DNA of 64,000 nucleotides from Acidobacteriota bacterium (GTDB taxonomy: Bacteria; Acidobacteriota; UBA6911): positions 4,832,001 through 4,896,000 of the forward strand of contig OY761556.1 in assembly GCA_963664705.1 (NCBI GenBank). Reading direction: 5' to 3'. Shown piece by piece: positions 10,304 to 21,382 of the stretch (position 1 is its first letter; each line of letters begins with the position of its first letter). The translations under genes and the position numbers were made by a program. Below the pieces are notes generated by a model that was given only the letters and a program-made list of their open reading frames with translations, was not told where the DNA came from and made no database searches.

Positions 10304-10304
10304 T

Positions 10305-11603
10305 CTAGCGCACTGCGTTGAGCGCATTGATACGCCCCTTGCCGGAATAGGCATCCGCGCCGGGCTTTAGAATATCGTCCGCTGTTTGCTGGATGATGGA
10401 CATCAACTGTGCCGGCTTCATCTTCCCGCGTTCCCCCACTATCAGAGCCGCCACGCCTGCAACATGGGGAGCGGCCATGGAAGTACCCGCAGCAAAGTAA
10501 TAGCCCTTATCGGATGCCGGGCTGAGAATCATGTCAAACGGGACATATGCCTCGTTGGCGAAGTCTCCCCCGGGAGCCGCAACATTAATTACGGACTGAC
10601 CGTAATTCGTATAGGATGCCGGTCGATCGAAATCCTGCAATCCATAGGGACCCGTGGCCGCCACGGCCAAACCATTCCCAAGTTGAGCCGGAATGGACCA
10701 GAGCCGGCTGTTGAGATCCACACCCTCATTCCCCGCTGACATCACGCACAGAACGCCTGCAGAGGTGGCATAGTTGAGGGCTCGATTAAGGGCTGCAATC
10801 AGCGTTCCGGCTCCGTCTCCGCCCGCATTAATGCGATCGAAGGTGGCGCCCAGACTCATATTGGCAACGTCCGCCCCGATCCCTGCGGCGTAGATCAATC
10901 CTTTAATGAGCCAGGAAAAAGATCCGCTGCCGGTATCGCTTTTCATTACCTTAATTGCCACGATTTCCGCCTGCGGCGCAACGCCCTGAATCCCTATCCC
11001 ATTGACGGGGGCGGCAATAATTCCGGCAACATGCGTACCATGGTTGAAGCCGGAGACAATAGGGTCGATACCTGGTTCGCCGGGAACGAAAGAGACGCTC
11101 AGCGTCGCGTTCAGATTGGCGGCGATATCGGGATGCTGGCTCCAGATTCCCGAATCAAGAACCGCCACGCGGGCTCGCTTTACAGTATTGCCCAGGTATC
11201 CCGCTGCCGCGGTCTGGTCAGCGCCAATCTGCCGTAGACTATATTGATAAGCCCAAAACGGCTCCGAGTTGATGCCTGCAGGCCCAGGGACCGGAAGGGC
11301 CGCCTGAACAACGCGCTCATTATTGACCCACTGCACCTGCACATCTTCCGCGACCCTTAACACACGCGCATCGGAGGCGATTTTCGCAAGAAAATCCGGA
11401 TTCTCCGACGAAGCCACAACAACACCCACTTCAGGGATTCTATTGACGATGACTCCACTCGCAGCTTGAACAGCGCTATCCAGATTCGTGCTATTCCGCC
11501 CCGTGTCCTTCGCTAAAATGAGATAATTATGAGGCGCACTGAACGCAAATGACGCACTCACCAACGCCATCAGTACTGCCAGCACTATAACGAGTTTTTT
11601 CAT
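10305..11603 (-). CDS. Secreted subtilisin-like S8 serine peptidase
   Basis: Signal peptide and prodomain; triad [23 protein letters not shown]. Confidence 0.95.
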   Translation of the reverse strand: MKKLVIVLAVLMALVSASFAFSAPHNYLILAKDTGRNSTNLDSAVQAASGVIVNRIPEVGVVVASSENPDFLAKIASDARVLRVAEDVQVQWVNNERVVQAALPVPGPAGINSEPFWAYQYSLRQIGADQTAAAGYLGNTVKRARVAVLDSGIWSQHPDIAANLNATLSVSFVPGEPGIDPIVSGFNHGTHVAGIIAAPVNGIGIQGVAPQAEIVAIKVMKSDTGSGSFSWLIKGLIYAAGIGADVANMSLGATFDRINAGGDGAGTLIAALNRALNYATSAGVLCVMSAGNEGVDLNSRLWSIPAQLGNGLAVAATGPYGLQDFDRPASYTNYGQSVINVAAPGGDFANEAYVPFDMILSPASDKGYYFAAGTSMAAPHVAGVAALIVGERGKMKPAQLMSIIQQTADDILKPGADAYSGKGRINALNAVR

Positions 11604-11865
11604 TTCCGCCTCCTTGCGGTGCCGCTGAGATTGCGGCCGATCATTTGAAACCTAAATTGCTGTCGTTCTTCCCTGACGATACAGAATGAAAGCCGTGAGA
11701 ATGAGGAGTAACTAATAGTTCAGAGAGGATTTTTGATCGGTACGCGGAGCGAGTCAAGTGTTATTGGAAATAGCAAATACCCGCCTGCCCCACACTCTAT
11801 CGGGTAGTGCCCCGACCGAGTGTGGGTTTATGGCGCAAGGCTGCTTTGGGTAAATTCACTTCGGG

Positions 11866-13275
11866 CTATATTTCCATGGCAGGCGCCTGCATAGGCCTGT
11901 CAAATCCGTGAATTTTCAGGGCCGACTTCCTCCATCTTCCCGAGAGGTAATACAGATAGCCGACCACTGCAGTCACGGCAAATCCCGCGGCCATCGCGAT
12001 CCAGATACCGGATGACTTGAGCGCAGTATGCTGGGATAAATACCACGCTACAGGAACACGGACGGCCCAGAGCGAAATCAGCGTGAAGATCATGGGGATC
12101 ACTGTCTGACCGGCCCCATTCACAACTCCCATGGAAACAAAAATCAGGGCAAAAAGGAAATAGCAGGGAACAACGATCCTTAAGTACTGGACTCCGATCA
12201 GCAGGACCGGCTCGGATTGTGTGAACATGGAGAGGATAAGTTTTGGAAAGGCAAAAGCAAAAACGGCCACAACTCCCGAAATCGCAGTCCCCAGCAGAAG
12301 GGCCCACTTGAATATCTCTTTGACGCGCTCCGGCTTGCCTGCCCCGAGGTTCTGACCCGTTAAGGCAGTGGCCGCCATCCCGATCGCAATGGCCGGCATC
12401 ATCGCCACCATGTCAATGCGGCTTCCAGCCCCAAACGCAGCGATCGCGGCGGGTCCAAAGAAGTTCACATACTTGGTGACAAAGGCCGACCCAACCGATA
12501 TGAGGCACTGTTCCACGGTCGACGGAATTCCTATCCGGATAATCAGCCACGCAATATGCCTCTCAAATTTCAGCTTTCCAAAATTGATGGCAACCAGGTG
12601 ACTTTTGCGGTTCAGGTAGGTCAACGCGATGGCCAGGCTGATTGCCTGCGAAATAACCGAGGCGAGCGCGGCTCCGTTCAGCCCCAGTTTCGGGAAGGGA
12701 TAAATGCCCATAATCAGGAAGGGATCCAGAATGGCATTCAGAATGACTCCGGTTCCCATGAACAGCAGCGGCCGCACCGTATCACCGAGTCCGCGCAGAA
12801 TCTGGCTGATGGTAAAGGACAAATACAGAAAAATGATGCCCGAGAGGGAAATTTTGAGATAGCTGGATGACATGGCAAAGATTTCCTGCGGCGTGTCCAT
12901 CAATCTCAACATAGGATTGGACAGGGCAATCATGCCGGTGATCAGAACCACGCTTAAGGCAAGCTGGAGACAGACGGAGTTGTCGACGACCATTTTCAGT
13001 TGATCGAGTCTCTTGGCGCCATAAAACTGCGCCACCAGCACCGCCGTTGCCATGGACACTCCGGCCGCTATGCCGATCAGGATAAACATGATCGGGAAGC
13101 TGACCGCGGTTGCGCCGAGACCGTCCGCGCCTACGATGTGTCCCACCCAGACCATGTTGATAATGCTGTATCCGCTCTGGAGCATGTTCCCGAACAACAT
13201 GGGGAGCGAAAAACTAATCAGGTGCTTTGGAATACTGCCGACCGTCAGATCTGTCCCGAACTTTTTATCTTCCAT
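11866..13275 (-). CDS. MATE family efflux transporter
   Basis: DLTVGSIPKHL start, QFYGAK, LRGLGDT, NAILDP, GQNLGAG; about 12 TM segments. Confidence 0.93.
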   Translation of the reverse strand: MEDKKFGTDLTVGSIPKHLISFSLPMLFGNMLQSGYSIINMVWVGHIVGADGLGATAVSFPIMFILIGIAAGVSMATAVLVAQFYGAKRLDQLKMVVDNSVCLQLALSVVLITGMIALSNPMLRLMDTPQEIFAMSSSYLKISLSGIIFLYLSFTISQILRGLGDTVRPLLFMGTGVILNAILDPFLIMGIYPFPKLGLNGAALASVISQAISLAIALTYLNRKSHLVAINFGKLKFERHIAWLIIRIGIPSTVEQCLISVGSAFVTKYVNFFGPAAIAAFGAGSRIDMVAMMPAIAIGMAATALTGQNLGAGKPERVKEIFKWALLLGTAISGVVAVFAFAFPKLILSMFTQSEPVLLIGVQYLRIVVPCYFLFALIFVSMGVVNGAGQTVIPMIFTLISLWAVRVPVAWYLSQHTALKSSGIWIAMAAGFAVTAVVGYLYYLSGRWRKSALKIHGFDRPMQAPAMEI

Positions 13276-13489
13276 ATCAATCGTCTAGATTCCCCAAAAT
13301 CGCTGGTTTGCGTGGAACTTGGCCCCATGAGTCATCGCAGGGAACTCCTGCGAGGTGCATCCCGATATTCGCCATTCAAAAAAATAGGGAATAAATCATG
13401 AATCGCGCCAATTAGAAAGCCAAAACTTCCCGATCGGACTATTCGACCAGAGCTACCAAACTCAGAGCTCTCCCTATTCAGCCATGCGG

Positions 13490-13517
13490 GCGGTCCGGCT
13501 CTCGAGAGCCGGACCGC
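13490..13517. terminator. Perfect 28-bp palindrome downstream of the cytochrome gene
   Basis: gcggtccggctctcgagagccggaccgc, 22 nt after the stop; no clear U-tract. Confidence 0.55.
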
Positions 13518-13539
13518 AGTAGCAGGTTTTCGCCGGGCT

Positions 13540-14991
13540 TTACCTTATTGCAGCTTTTGCCGCCTCGAGGTCTTTGCCGGCCTGATCCAAAATCTTTTTC
13601 GCATATTCAAAATTATGGGCTCCCCGGGAGCCATCGCGCGTCAAAAGCGTGAGATTGGTGCGCGCGCCATTGACTTTGGCTTTCAGATCGGCGGGAAATG
13701 CCTCCGGCTTCTCCTTCATGGCAGCGCTTATCGTCTTCAGATCCGCCTGCAGCAGATCCATGTTCTTCGCAAAAAGGCCCTGCCATTCCTGCAGTTTGGC
13801 ACTGCGGTCTTTTTTGCTGCTGTTTTTGTGGCAGGAGGTACATGTGTCTGGTCGCTTCTCCGCCAGGTCGGGCGCATCGGGCCGGATCACCTTCATCAGA
13901 TGATTGGCTTCCGTCATGTGGCACTGAACGCAGTTGAATCCCGAGTGGGCGCTGGCCGTTTCCTCGATCCCCTTGACCGCAGTTCCCTTGATCATGGCCG
14001 CTTGCGGTCCCTGGGAATGACAGGAAACACAAAGCTTATCCGGCGCCATTACAAGCTGATGGGGATTTTCGCTATCGTGCGGGTCATGGCAGACAACGCA
14101 GGTGATGGAGTTGAAGCTCCCCTTTTTGGAGATATCCACCTTGGCGCCCTTCAGTTTTGCGGCAAAACCCTCAGCGGAATGGCAGGCATAGCAATCGGCA
14201 TTGGCAAAGCTGCTGTTGGCGATCTGCCCCAGGGCTTTGTTATGTCCGGAAGCTGCCCACATATTGTAATTCCGCAGATGATTCGCCGACACATCGGAAT
14301 CGGGCGGAGTCTTTTTCGGATCGACCGGGGTCAGTTGAACATCTTTCATTTCCGACAGCTTCATTCCCGGCTTGTATCCGACAATCCACTTCGTGCCGTC
14401 GGCCATCAGTTTCCCGCCGGTCTTGACGTCATTGCCACCGTGACACTGGCCGCAGGTATCCGCATCCTTGCTGGAAACGATCTTGGTTTTATCTCCCTTG
14501 GATAAAGCGTGTTCGCGCCCGGGACCATGACACGCTTCGCAGCCGATCCCAGGTTCGCCCCAGGTTAATTTGGGCGTATTCATGTTAGTGGTATGGCATC
14601 CGGCGCATTGTGTGGACCAATCCAGGTTCAGCGCCGAAGGTTTATAAGCTTTCGCCACTTTGTCGTAGGTGACACTCAACATTTTGTAGTGCTCGGTCAC
14701 AGGATCCTTTGCCACGAAAAAGGACCCGGCTACTATGTAGGAGGCTTTTCGGAGCTCTGCCTGGAGCTTTTCGGGCGCGCCGGAAATATCCAATGGAAGA
14801 TCAGACGAATTAATGATCGGCACGACCATGTTGGCATGGTTGGACGGTTTCCATTGACCGTATTTTTCCGCGTGGCAACCCAGGCAAGCCCGGGAGCCTA
14901 TATATTCGGGAATCTTCTCGCCGGCAATTGCGGCAACAGAACCTGCTCCTGCCAGCAAAACAAACATGGCAGACGATAAGAATCTACTCAT
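13540..14991 (-). CDS. Periplasmic nonaheme c-type cytochrome
   Basis: Signal peptide; 9 CxxCH (CLGCH, CAGCH, CEACH, CGQCH, CYACH, CVVCH, CVSCH, CVQCH, CTSCH); C-terminal helices with DGSRGAHN. Confidence 0.9.
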   Translation of the reverse strand: MSRFLSSAMFVLLAGAGSVAAIAGEKIPEYIGSRACLGCHAEKYGQWKPSNHANMVVPIINSSDLPLDISGAPEKLQAELRKASYIVAGSFFVAKDPVTEHYKMLSVTYDKVAKAYKPSALNLDWSTQCAGCHTTNMNTPKLTWGEPGIGCEACHGPGREHALSKGDKTKIVSSKDADTCGQCHGGNDVKTGGKLMADGTKWIVGYKPGMKLSEMKDVQLTPVDPKKTPPDSDVSANHLRNYNMWAASGHNKALGQIANSSFANADCYACHSAEGFAAKLKGAKVDISKKGSFNSITCVVCHDPHDSENPHQLVMAPDKLCVSCHSQGPQAAMIKGTAVKGIEETASAHSGFNCVQCHMTEANHLMKVIRPDAPDLAEKRPDTCTSCHKNSSKKDRSAKLQEWQGLFAKNMDLLQADLKTISAAMKEKPEAFPADLKAKVNGARTNLTLLTRDGSRGAHNFEYAKKILDQAGKDLEAAKAAIR

Positions 14992-15144
14992 ACAATTACC
15001 TCCAAACTCACCAAAACTCGAAATACCATTACCGGTCTATAGCGGTGTGTACGCAGGTCGGGGCAAGCTGTTTCGGTCGTGCGGCAACTGTAGAGAGTAG
15101 AGGATTACCGGCGATAAGAGGATTCTTAGAATGCAGCCACTACC

Positions 15145-15183
15145 GGGAGCGCCGGTCGTTTCGCCGGAGAGGCCGGCGCTCCC
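15145..15183. repeat. GGGAGCGCCG-family hairpin (possible terminator of the sigma gene)
   Basis: gggagcgccgg...ccggcgctccc; same end motif as the 9606-10303 element. Confidence 0.55.
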
Positions 15184-15196
15184 AGTTTAATAGGGT

Positions 15197-16654
15197 TTAC
15201 CAGCACGCATACTCGCGCAGTTTTTGAGAACGGGAAGGCATGCGAAGCTTCCGCAAGGCTTTTTCCTCGATCTGACGAATGCGTTCACGGGTAACCAGGA
15301 ATTTGTGACCGCATTCCTCCAAAGTGTGCTCCTTGCCGATTTCATTCAATCCATAGCGCATTCTCATGATTTCCTGCTCGCGCGGAGTCAGGGTGAGAAG
15401 CGCGGATTTGGTCAATTCGCCAAGGTCATAATCCATAATGCATACCTCGGGCGAAATCGCCTTCTGGTCTTTGATGAAATCGCCCAGAACCGCGTCGTCA
15501 TCCTCTCCGATGCCCTTATCGAGTGAGATGGGCTCCTGGGCAAATTCCAGAATCTCGGTCAATTTGGAGACGGAAATTCCGAGTTCGGTAGCAATATCCA
15601 GCTTGGAAGGCGGATGTTTCAGCCGCTTCTTGAGCTCACTCGTGGTCTTTGTGACGCGATTGATCGCCTCGACCATGTGGACCGGTACTCTGATGGTCCG
15701 CCCCTGGTCCGCCATCGCGCGGGTGATGCTCTGCCGGATCCACCAGGTGGCATAAGTGGAGAATTTGAAGCCCAGCCGATAATCGAACTTGTCCACGGCC
15801 CGCATGAGCCCGATGTTGCCTTCCTGCACCAAATCCAGAACTTCCATCCGCGGGTAGGAGTACTTTTTGGCAATACTGATGACCAGCCGCAGGTTGGCGT
15901 TCACGAACTGCTGTTTGACATCGGTGATCAGCGCTTGACTGCATTTGATGGAGGAAACGATCTTCCTCAACTCCTCGAGCGAGGTCAGGTGCTGGCCCTC
16001 GAGCTCGGCCAGAAGCGAAGGCGTTTGCCTGGCCGTCTTGCGTTTCGAAACAGGCTTGTCCGTCAGCTTCGCATCTTCCATCTGGCGCAGGACCTGCTCC
16101 AGGCCGGAAATCACTTCTTCGATCTGCTTCTCCGCAAATTTGATCTGTTGAAGACAGGCAAGAATCTTCTCCCGATCGGACGATTTGCCATGTCGCCGGG
16201 CCTCCCGATAGCGTGTCTCGAGCTTTTCCAGCCGTCCGATGATTTTGTGCACCAGTTGCAGACGAGCCGTGGCTGTTTCCTCAGAAGAGGCCTCGGTATT
16301 TTCCTCCTGCTTCCCCGATGCTCCGGCATTGGCAGGCTCCAGGTCTCCGGAGAGCGCCATAACCTTGGAGGAGGTTATGGGCGTTGCGGATAAAAACCGC
16401 AATACATCGAGTTTTGCGGCTTCGAGCTTTTTGGCCAGGAATATTTCCTGTTCTCGCGTCAGCAGCGGAAACCGACTCAGACTTCGGTAATAAAGATGAA
16501 GAGGATCTGAAACAGAGGGATCACGATCGGTCACAGTCCCGGATTCACCCGGGATCGGATCAAACTTGATCCCGGCAGCGCGGGCCTGCATAAACAGCGA
16601 TAATTCTGGGCTATCCAGCCTCTGACCCTCTAAGTCGTTATTTTCGAATGACAT
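15197..16654 (-). CDS. Sigma-70 factor, RpoD-like paralog
   Basis: Region 1.2 DPLHLYY/LLTREQE; region 2 [40 protein letters not shown]; region 4 [18 protein letters not shown]. Start set at ATG 16654 (RBS); ORF extends to 16696. Confidence 0.9.
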   Translation of the reverse strand: MSFENNDLEGQRLDSPELSLFMQARAAGIKFDPIPGESGTVTDRDPSVSDPLHLYYRSLSRFPLLTREQEIFLAKKLEAAKLDVLRFLSATPITSSKVMALSGDLEPANAGASGKQEENTEASSEETATARLQLVHKIIGRLEKLETRYREARRHGKSSDREKILACLQQIKFAEKQIEEVISGLEQVLRQMEDAKLTDKPVSKRKTARQTPSLLAELEGQHLTSLEELRKIVSSIKCSQALITDVKQQFVNANLRLVISIAKKYSYPRMEVLDLVQEGNIGLMRAVDKFDYRLGFKFSTYATWWIRQSITRAMADQGRTIRVPVHMVEAINRVTKTTSELKKRLKHPPSKLDIATELGISVSKLTEILEFAQEPISLDKGIGEDDDAVLGDFIKDQKAISPEVCIMDYDLGELTKSALLTLTPREQEIMRMRYGLNEIGKEHTLEECGHKFLVTRERIRQIEEKALRKLRMPSRSQKLREYACW

Positions 16655-16951
16655 TTCTCCCCCAATGTCCCTTGTTCTCAGTTCCATCATCATCATCCAT
16701 ACCTTCCAACTCAGCCATGAACGCCCGCATTCCGGTTTGCGAACCTAGTTTTCGCAGAGCCCCACTCTGGCCTCTGTATTGGCGCCGCTCTCCCCTTATC
16801 AAAACCTGTGATTGTGAGATGCTAGGAATGCAAACGGCAGTTCATAACGGAGCGAGGATTATACACATTTTTGTGTTTTTGGAAAGCAACAAATGCAAAT
16901 CATTTATTTTATTGGTTTCCCGACCGGCCAGTTTCCTGGCCTCGACTCCTG

Positions 16952-18130
16952 CTACATCGACTCCTTGCCAAACCGCGACCACGAGCTTTCAACAAAAAAC
17001 AAGTCTGCAGTTCCTGCATAGGATGTAACGTTCCTTATTTTGGCTATGATCGCGTCTGAAAGCTGACAGCCGGCGCCCACCAGCAAAAGCCCGTCAGCGC
17101 TGTGGAAATTCTTCGCCAAGACCATCCCTGGCTGCAGGTCTCCCGCCGAGACGGCTCGAATCGGTCCGGATATTTCTATTTCTGCAACAATCGGAATACA
17201 CTCGTCCAAGACCTCGAAAACTTCAGGATCATACCAGCCGGCCCGTTTTTTCATGATATGAAGGGCTTTACTCCTGGGAATGCCCAAATTCTCGATCTGG
17301 AGAAGGTCATTCACCGCCTTTAGAATGCGGGATCCGATCGGGATTTTTTGAGCGGCAATATCATCTTGAGGCAGGCCGGTGCCGTCAAAATGCTTGTTCT
17401 GGTACTCCACAATCCTGGCAATCAGCTCCATGCGTGGAATGTTGTTGAGAAGATCTCGACCGATTTCGGGAACGCGCGCGAGCATTTTCTGCTCCATGGG
17501 ATTCAGCGGCCGCCCCGACTTGGCATTTTCTATAACTGCCGAAGGAACCGTGACAAGCCCGATCTGGCATAGCATGGATGCGACATCGAGCTCCCAGGAT
17601 TCCTTTAAGCCCAATTTTGCAGCTACTTTCTTCGCCCCATTTCGGACCTTCTCGGCATGTCCAAACGACTGCGGGGCTGTGATCGAAAGCAGCTCGATCA
17701 GCATCCGGACCGAACCGTTCAGCGTTTTTTCCAGCAATTCGCGCTCAGCCATGATCAATCGATGCTGCTCAACGCTTGCATTCAGCGCTTGTTCCAGCGT
17801 CTCGGGGGGACAAGGCTTGGTCAGAAAGCGGAAGATGTTGCCTTCATTCACGGCCTCAATAGCGGTCTGTACGTCGCTGTTTCCGGTCAGCATGATTCGA
17901 ACGCTGTCAGGAGCGATCTCCCGGGCTTTTTGTAGAAATTGAATTCCATCCATACCCGGCATGCGCAAATCAGAAACGATGATGGTATAAGGACCGTTCG
18001 TCGTTAAGGATTGCAATGCGGCCTCGCCGCCGAGCTGCGTATCGACCTGAAACTGCTTATGGAACTGTCGCTTGAACCCTGACAGAAGATTTTCTTCATC
18101 ATCAACAAACAAAACCTTATCCAAGCTCAT
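16952..18130 (-). CDS. Response regulator with degenerate HD-GYP-like domain
   Basis: VLFVDDE, SDLRMPGMDG, FLTKP; HD site reads MLCQIG and GYP reads FDGTGLP. Confidence 0.88.
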   Translation of the reverse strand: MSLDKVLFVDDEENLLSGFKRQFHKQFQVDTQLGGEAALQSLTTNGPYTIIVSDLRMPGMDGIQFLQKAREIAPDSVRIMLTGNSDVQTAIEAVNEGNIFRFLTKPCPPETLEQALNASVEQHRLIMAERELLEKTLNGSVRMLIELLSITAPQSFGHAEKVRNGAKKVAAKLGLKESWELDVASMLCQIGLVTVPSAVIENAKSGRPLNPMEQKMLARVPEIGRDLLNNIPRMELIARIVEYQNKHFDGTGLPQDDIAAQKIPIGSRILKAVNDLLQIENLGIPRSKALHIMKKRAGWYDPEVFEVLDECIPIVAEIEISGPIRAVSAGDLQPGMVLAKNFHSADGLLLVGAGCQLSDAIIAKIRNVTSYAGTADLFFVESSWSRFGKESM

Positions 18131-18189
18131 ACGGTACCGCCCTCACCATCCGCGAAAAAACACACGACTCTTCCCATCCTTTATGCTAC

Positions 18190-18216
18190 TTATCGACCCC
18201 CGCAGAGCGCGGATGA
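18190..18216 (-). promoter_or_regulatory. Putative sigma28 (FliA)-type promoter
   Basis: Minus strand TCAT-N15-GTCGATAA, about 60 nt upstream of ATG 18130; consensus TAAA-N15-GCCGATAA. Confidence 0.4.
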
Positions 18217-18369
18217 GCGAACTCTCGGAAAAATTTCCTAATGCCACATACTATTTGTCCCCGCAACTCGATTGAGACACCAGGCGCGGAGAGCCGAAAG
18301 CGAGCAGCCGGGGCTGATATGCATCGCACTTCCAGGTTCCTTGGACAAATAATATGGCGGTCTCAGTGA

Positions 18370-21231
18370 CTATAGGTCCGCCCCGGCAATTGGAAGCCTC
18401 ACAAAGAATGTCGTCCCTTTCCCCATTTCACTCGTAAATGTCAGCTTTCCTTTATGCCGGTCGACCACCACAGAGCGCGCAATCGCCAACCCTTGGCCGG
18501 TCCCTCGTCCAACCTCTTTGGTGGTGAAAAAGGGATCAAAGATCCGCTCATAAATGGCCTCGGGAATGCCGCCACCCGTATCCGAGATCGTAATCAGCGC
18601 CATCTTCTCCTCTGATTCGGTGTGCACCCGAATTTTGCCTTTTCCCCCTGTCTCGCGTACGACATCCGCGATGGCATGTGCGGCATTGACCAGCAGATTC
18701 AGGAAGACTTGATTCACGTCGCCGATGCTGCAAATCACGGGAGGCAGGTCTCCAAAATCGGTCTCGATATCCGCGACATACTTCAGCTCATTACGGGCGA
18801 CAGTAAGGGTATTGAACAAAGCCCGGTTAATGTCGGCAGCCACCATTTCCTTGGTATCCGGGTGGGCAAACTCTTTCATCGCGCGTACGATGGAGACAAC
18901 TCTCTCCACACCCTCCAGCGTCTGGGCAAGTGCCTTGGGAATCTCTTCCAGCAGATAGTCGCAGTCCAGTTGGGATTCCAGTTGACGCATCTCTGCGGAA
19001 ATCTCGGCCGTCGAGAGGGTACCGCCAGCCAGAAGCGCCTGGGATCTTCTGATCAGCGCCTGCAGGTCTCCAAACGAAGCCTGCATGAAACGTGTGTTGT
19101 CTCCCACGAATTGAATCGGTGTATTCATCTCATGAGCGATTCCGGAAGCCAGGCGCCCCACCGACTCCAGTTTTTGCGCCTGCCGCAACTCCATTTCCGC
19201 TACATCCCGCCCCGTGATATCTCGTGCAATCCCCTGGATTCCCACCGGCTTGCCGTCCTCATAAATCAACCGTGGATTCAGCTCCAGGGTCACCCGGCGG
19301 CCGTCTTTGGCCTTAATCTCCATTTCAAACTTGGTCGGAGGGCCGCCGGCAATCAATGGCTGGATGCTTGCTTCTATCTTCTTCCAATGCTCTGGATCGA
19401 CCAGTTCACTCACATTCATCCGAATCGCTTCCTCGCGACTGAATCCGATGGTCTTCTCCGCCAGCCGATTCAATGAGGTGATATGCATGTCGAGGGTAAA
19501 GGTATAGACGAGATCCCCGGCGTTTTCAAAAAGCTCCCGGTAGCGCTCTTCGGAGACCCGCAAATTTTCCTCTGTTCGTTTTCGCTCGGAAACATCCTGC
19601 TTGATGGCCACAAAGTGACTCACCCGGTTATCCGCGTCCAGCACAGGCGTTATTGTCAGCTCTTCGGTGTACAAAGTCCCGTCCTTGCGACGGTTTGTCA
19701 TCTCTCCCTTCCACACATTGCCGGAAAGTATGGTCTTCCATAAGTCCTGGTAATAGGATGCCGGGTGCGTCCCCGATTTCAGAATCCGCGGGTTCCGGCC
19801 GATCGCTTCTTGCGCTGAATAGCCCGTAAGCAGCGTGAAAGCCGGATTTACCCAGTTGATGCATCCGTGGCGGTCTGCAATGACAATAGCGTTCGCCGCA
19901 GCCTCCAGCGCAGCCGTCTGCAGCCGCGTCTGTTCCTCCTCCCGTTTCCTCTGGGTGACATCGCGAGCAATGGTTGCAGCCCCGGTGACTTTCCCGCTGC
20001 TGTCAAAAACAGGCGAAACGGTCAACGATGCATCCACAAGTTTGCCGTCCTTGCGGATCCGGACCGATTCACTTCGGTGCACCTTTTCACCACTGGCAAT
20101 TTTTTCCAGAAGCGACTGGAGCTGATCCTCCTGGCCCGGCGGAATCAGGACAGATACCGATTTCCCAATCATCTCCTCCGCGCTGTACCCGTAGAGTTCC
20201 TCGGCCCCCCGATTCCAGCTTATAACTGTGCCATCCAGGGTTTTGCCAATGATCGCATCCTGCGAGGATTCCACCAGCGATGCCAAAAATGCCTGCGCCT
20301 CACCCGCGCACTCGCGCTGGATGAACTGGGCGATACTGTAGGCAACCGATGCGAAGGCTTGAAGCGCGGTATCGGTCAAGGGATGATATGCAAAGGCCGC
20401 GGCTACACCCACGATGCGATCTCCCACTTTCAGTGGATATCCGGCGAATGCAACCATTCCTTCTCGACGCGCCCAATCGATGTCACTCAACAGGGGATCC
20501 CGAAGGAGATCGTTTGTCAAATGGGGCTCACCGCTTTGGGCAATGCCCCCGATCTTATATTTGCCCACCAAAACACGGGAATGGGGCCCATCCAGGTGAG
20601 TGTAGATTCCCGCACTTGCCTGCAGTTCAAGGACCCGTTCGCTCTCATTGAGTGTCCAGATCCGCGCAAAAGCGACATCCATATCATTGACGAGAATTTC
20701 CGCGCATGTCTGCAAACCGGCACGGAGGCTGTGCGCTCCTGTGAGCGCAACGCCCACATCCGCCGAAAGCTTGGCCATCCGATGGCGTTCCGCCATTTCG
20801 GCTTCTATCAGCATGCGGCTGGTAATATCCTGATAGAGCGCCAGTATTCCTTTGACCTTGCCCTCGAGAACCAGCGGAGTCGCATAGATATGAACGTCCA
20901 GGATCGTGCCATCCTTGCGTCTGCGTTGACTAATGAACTGCAGCTTTTTCCCGTCCAGGCACTTTCGCGTAAGACTGTGTGCTTCCTCAAAAAGATCTGG
21001 GGGTATGATCAGATCGTTCAAACGGAAACCCTGGGTTTCGGCGTCCGAATAAAGGAACATCTCGCGGAACGCGAGATTGGACATCAGGATGCGTTCCTCG
21101 CTATCCAGCACCACAATTGCCAGGGGACTGGCTTCGATGAGGGTGCTGGGCCCCAGAGCAAATCCCAATAGACTTAATTGCTGCTCGGCCGTCTGTAAGT
21201 CTTTCTGTCGCAACAAAAAACCCTCTTCCAT
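18370..21231 (-). CDS. Multi-PAS/GAF sensor histidine kinase
   Basis: PAS-GAF-PAS-PAS-PAS; [49 protein letters not shown]. Confidence 0.94.
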   Translation of the reverse strand: MEEGFLLRQKDLQTAEQQLSLLGFALGPSTLIEASPLAIVVLDSEERILMSNLAFREMFLYSDAETQGFRLNDLIIPPDLFEEAHSLTRKCLDGKKLQFISQRRRKDGTILDVHIYATPLVLEGKVKGILALYQDITSRMLIEAEMAERHRMAKLSADVGVALTGAHSLRAGLQTCAEILVNDMDVAFARIWTLNESERVLELQASAGIYTHLDGPHSRVLVGKYKIGGIAQSGEPHLTNDLLRDPLLSDIDWARREGMVAFAGYPLKVGDRIVGVAAAFAYHPLTDTALQAFASVAYSIAQFIQRECAGEAQAFLASLVESSQDAIIGKTLDGTVISWNRGAEELYGYSAEEMIGKSVSVLIPPGQEDQLQSLLEKIASGEKVHRSESVRIRKDGKLVDASLTVSPVFDSSGKVTGAATIARDVTQRKREEEQTRLQTAALEAAANAIVIADRHGCINWVNPAFTLLTGYSAQEAIGRNPRILKSGTHPASYYQDLWKTILSGNVWKGEMTNRRKDGTLYTEELTITPVLDADNRVSHFVAIKQDVSERKRTEENLRVSEERYRELFENAGDLVYTFTLDMHITSLNRLAEKTIGFSREEAIRMNVSELVDPEHWKKIEASIQPLIAGGPPTKFEMEIKAKDGRRVTLELNPRLIYEDGKPVGIQGIARDITGRDVAEMELRQAQKLESVGRLASGIAHEMNTPIQFVGDNTRFMQASFGDLQALIRRSQALLAGGTLSTAEISAEMRQLESQLDCDYLLEEIPKALAQTLEGVERVVSIVRAMKEFAHPDTKEMVAADINRALFNTLTVARNELKYVADIETDFGDLPPVICSIGDVNQVFLNLLVNAAHAIADVVRETGGKGKIRVHTESEEKMALITISDTGGGIPEAIYERIFDPFFTTKEVGRGTGQGLAIARSVVVDRHKGKLTFTSEMGKGTTFFVRLPIAGADL

Positions 21232-21282
21232 CCTTTAACTCTGCACCGAACGTCAGACGCCCGTTGCATCAGCTCCCGAAAT

Positions 21283-21327
21283 AAAAAAAGGCGCATTCAC
21301 TCCAGAGTCGGAGCGATCATGCGCCTT
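21283..21327 (-). terminator. Intrinsic terminator in the 5' leader of the kinase (attenuator-like)
   Basis: Minus strand AAGGCGCAT...ATGCGCCTTTTTTT hairpin plus U-tract, about 50 nt upstream of ATG 21231. Confidence 0.6.
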
Positions 21328-21382
21328 CAACTTGCAAACCCAATGCTTACACGCTAAGACGATACGATAGATTCCTTTATCC

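Noticed and set aside
13540-14991. nrfA nitrite reductase
   Set aside because: No CxxCK catalytic heme motif, 9 hemes rather than 5, and no nrfH/nrfBCD
19867-21171. 434-aa plus-strand ORF
   Set aside because: Antisense to a well-supported kinase and without recognisable motifs; the same applies to the other long shadow ORFs
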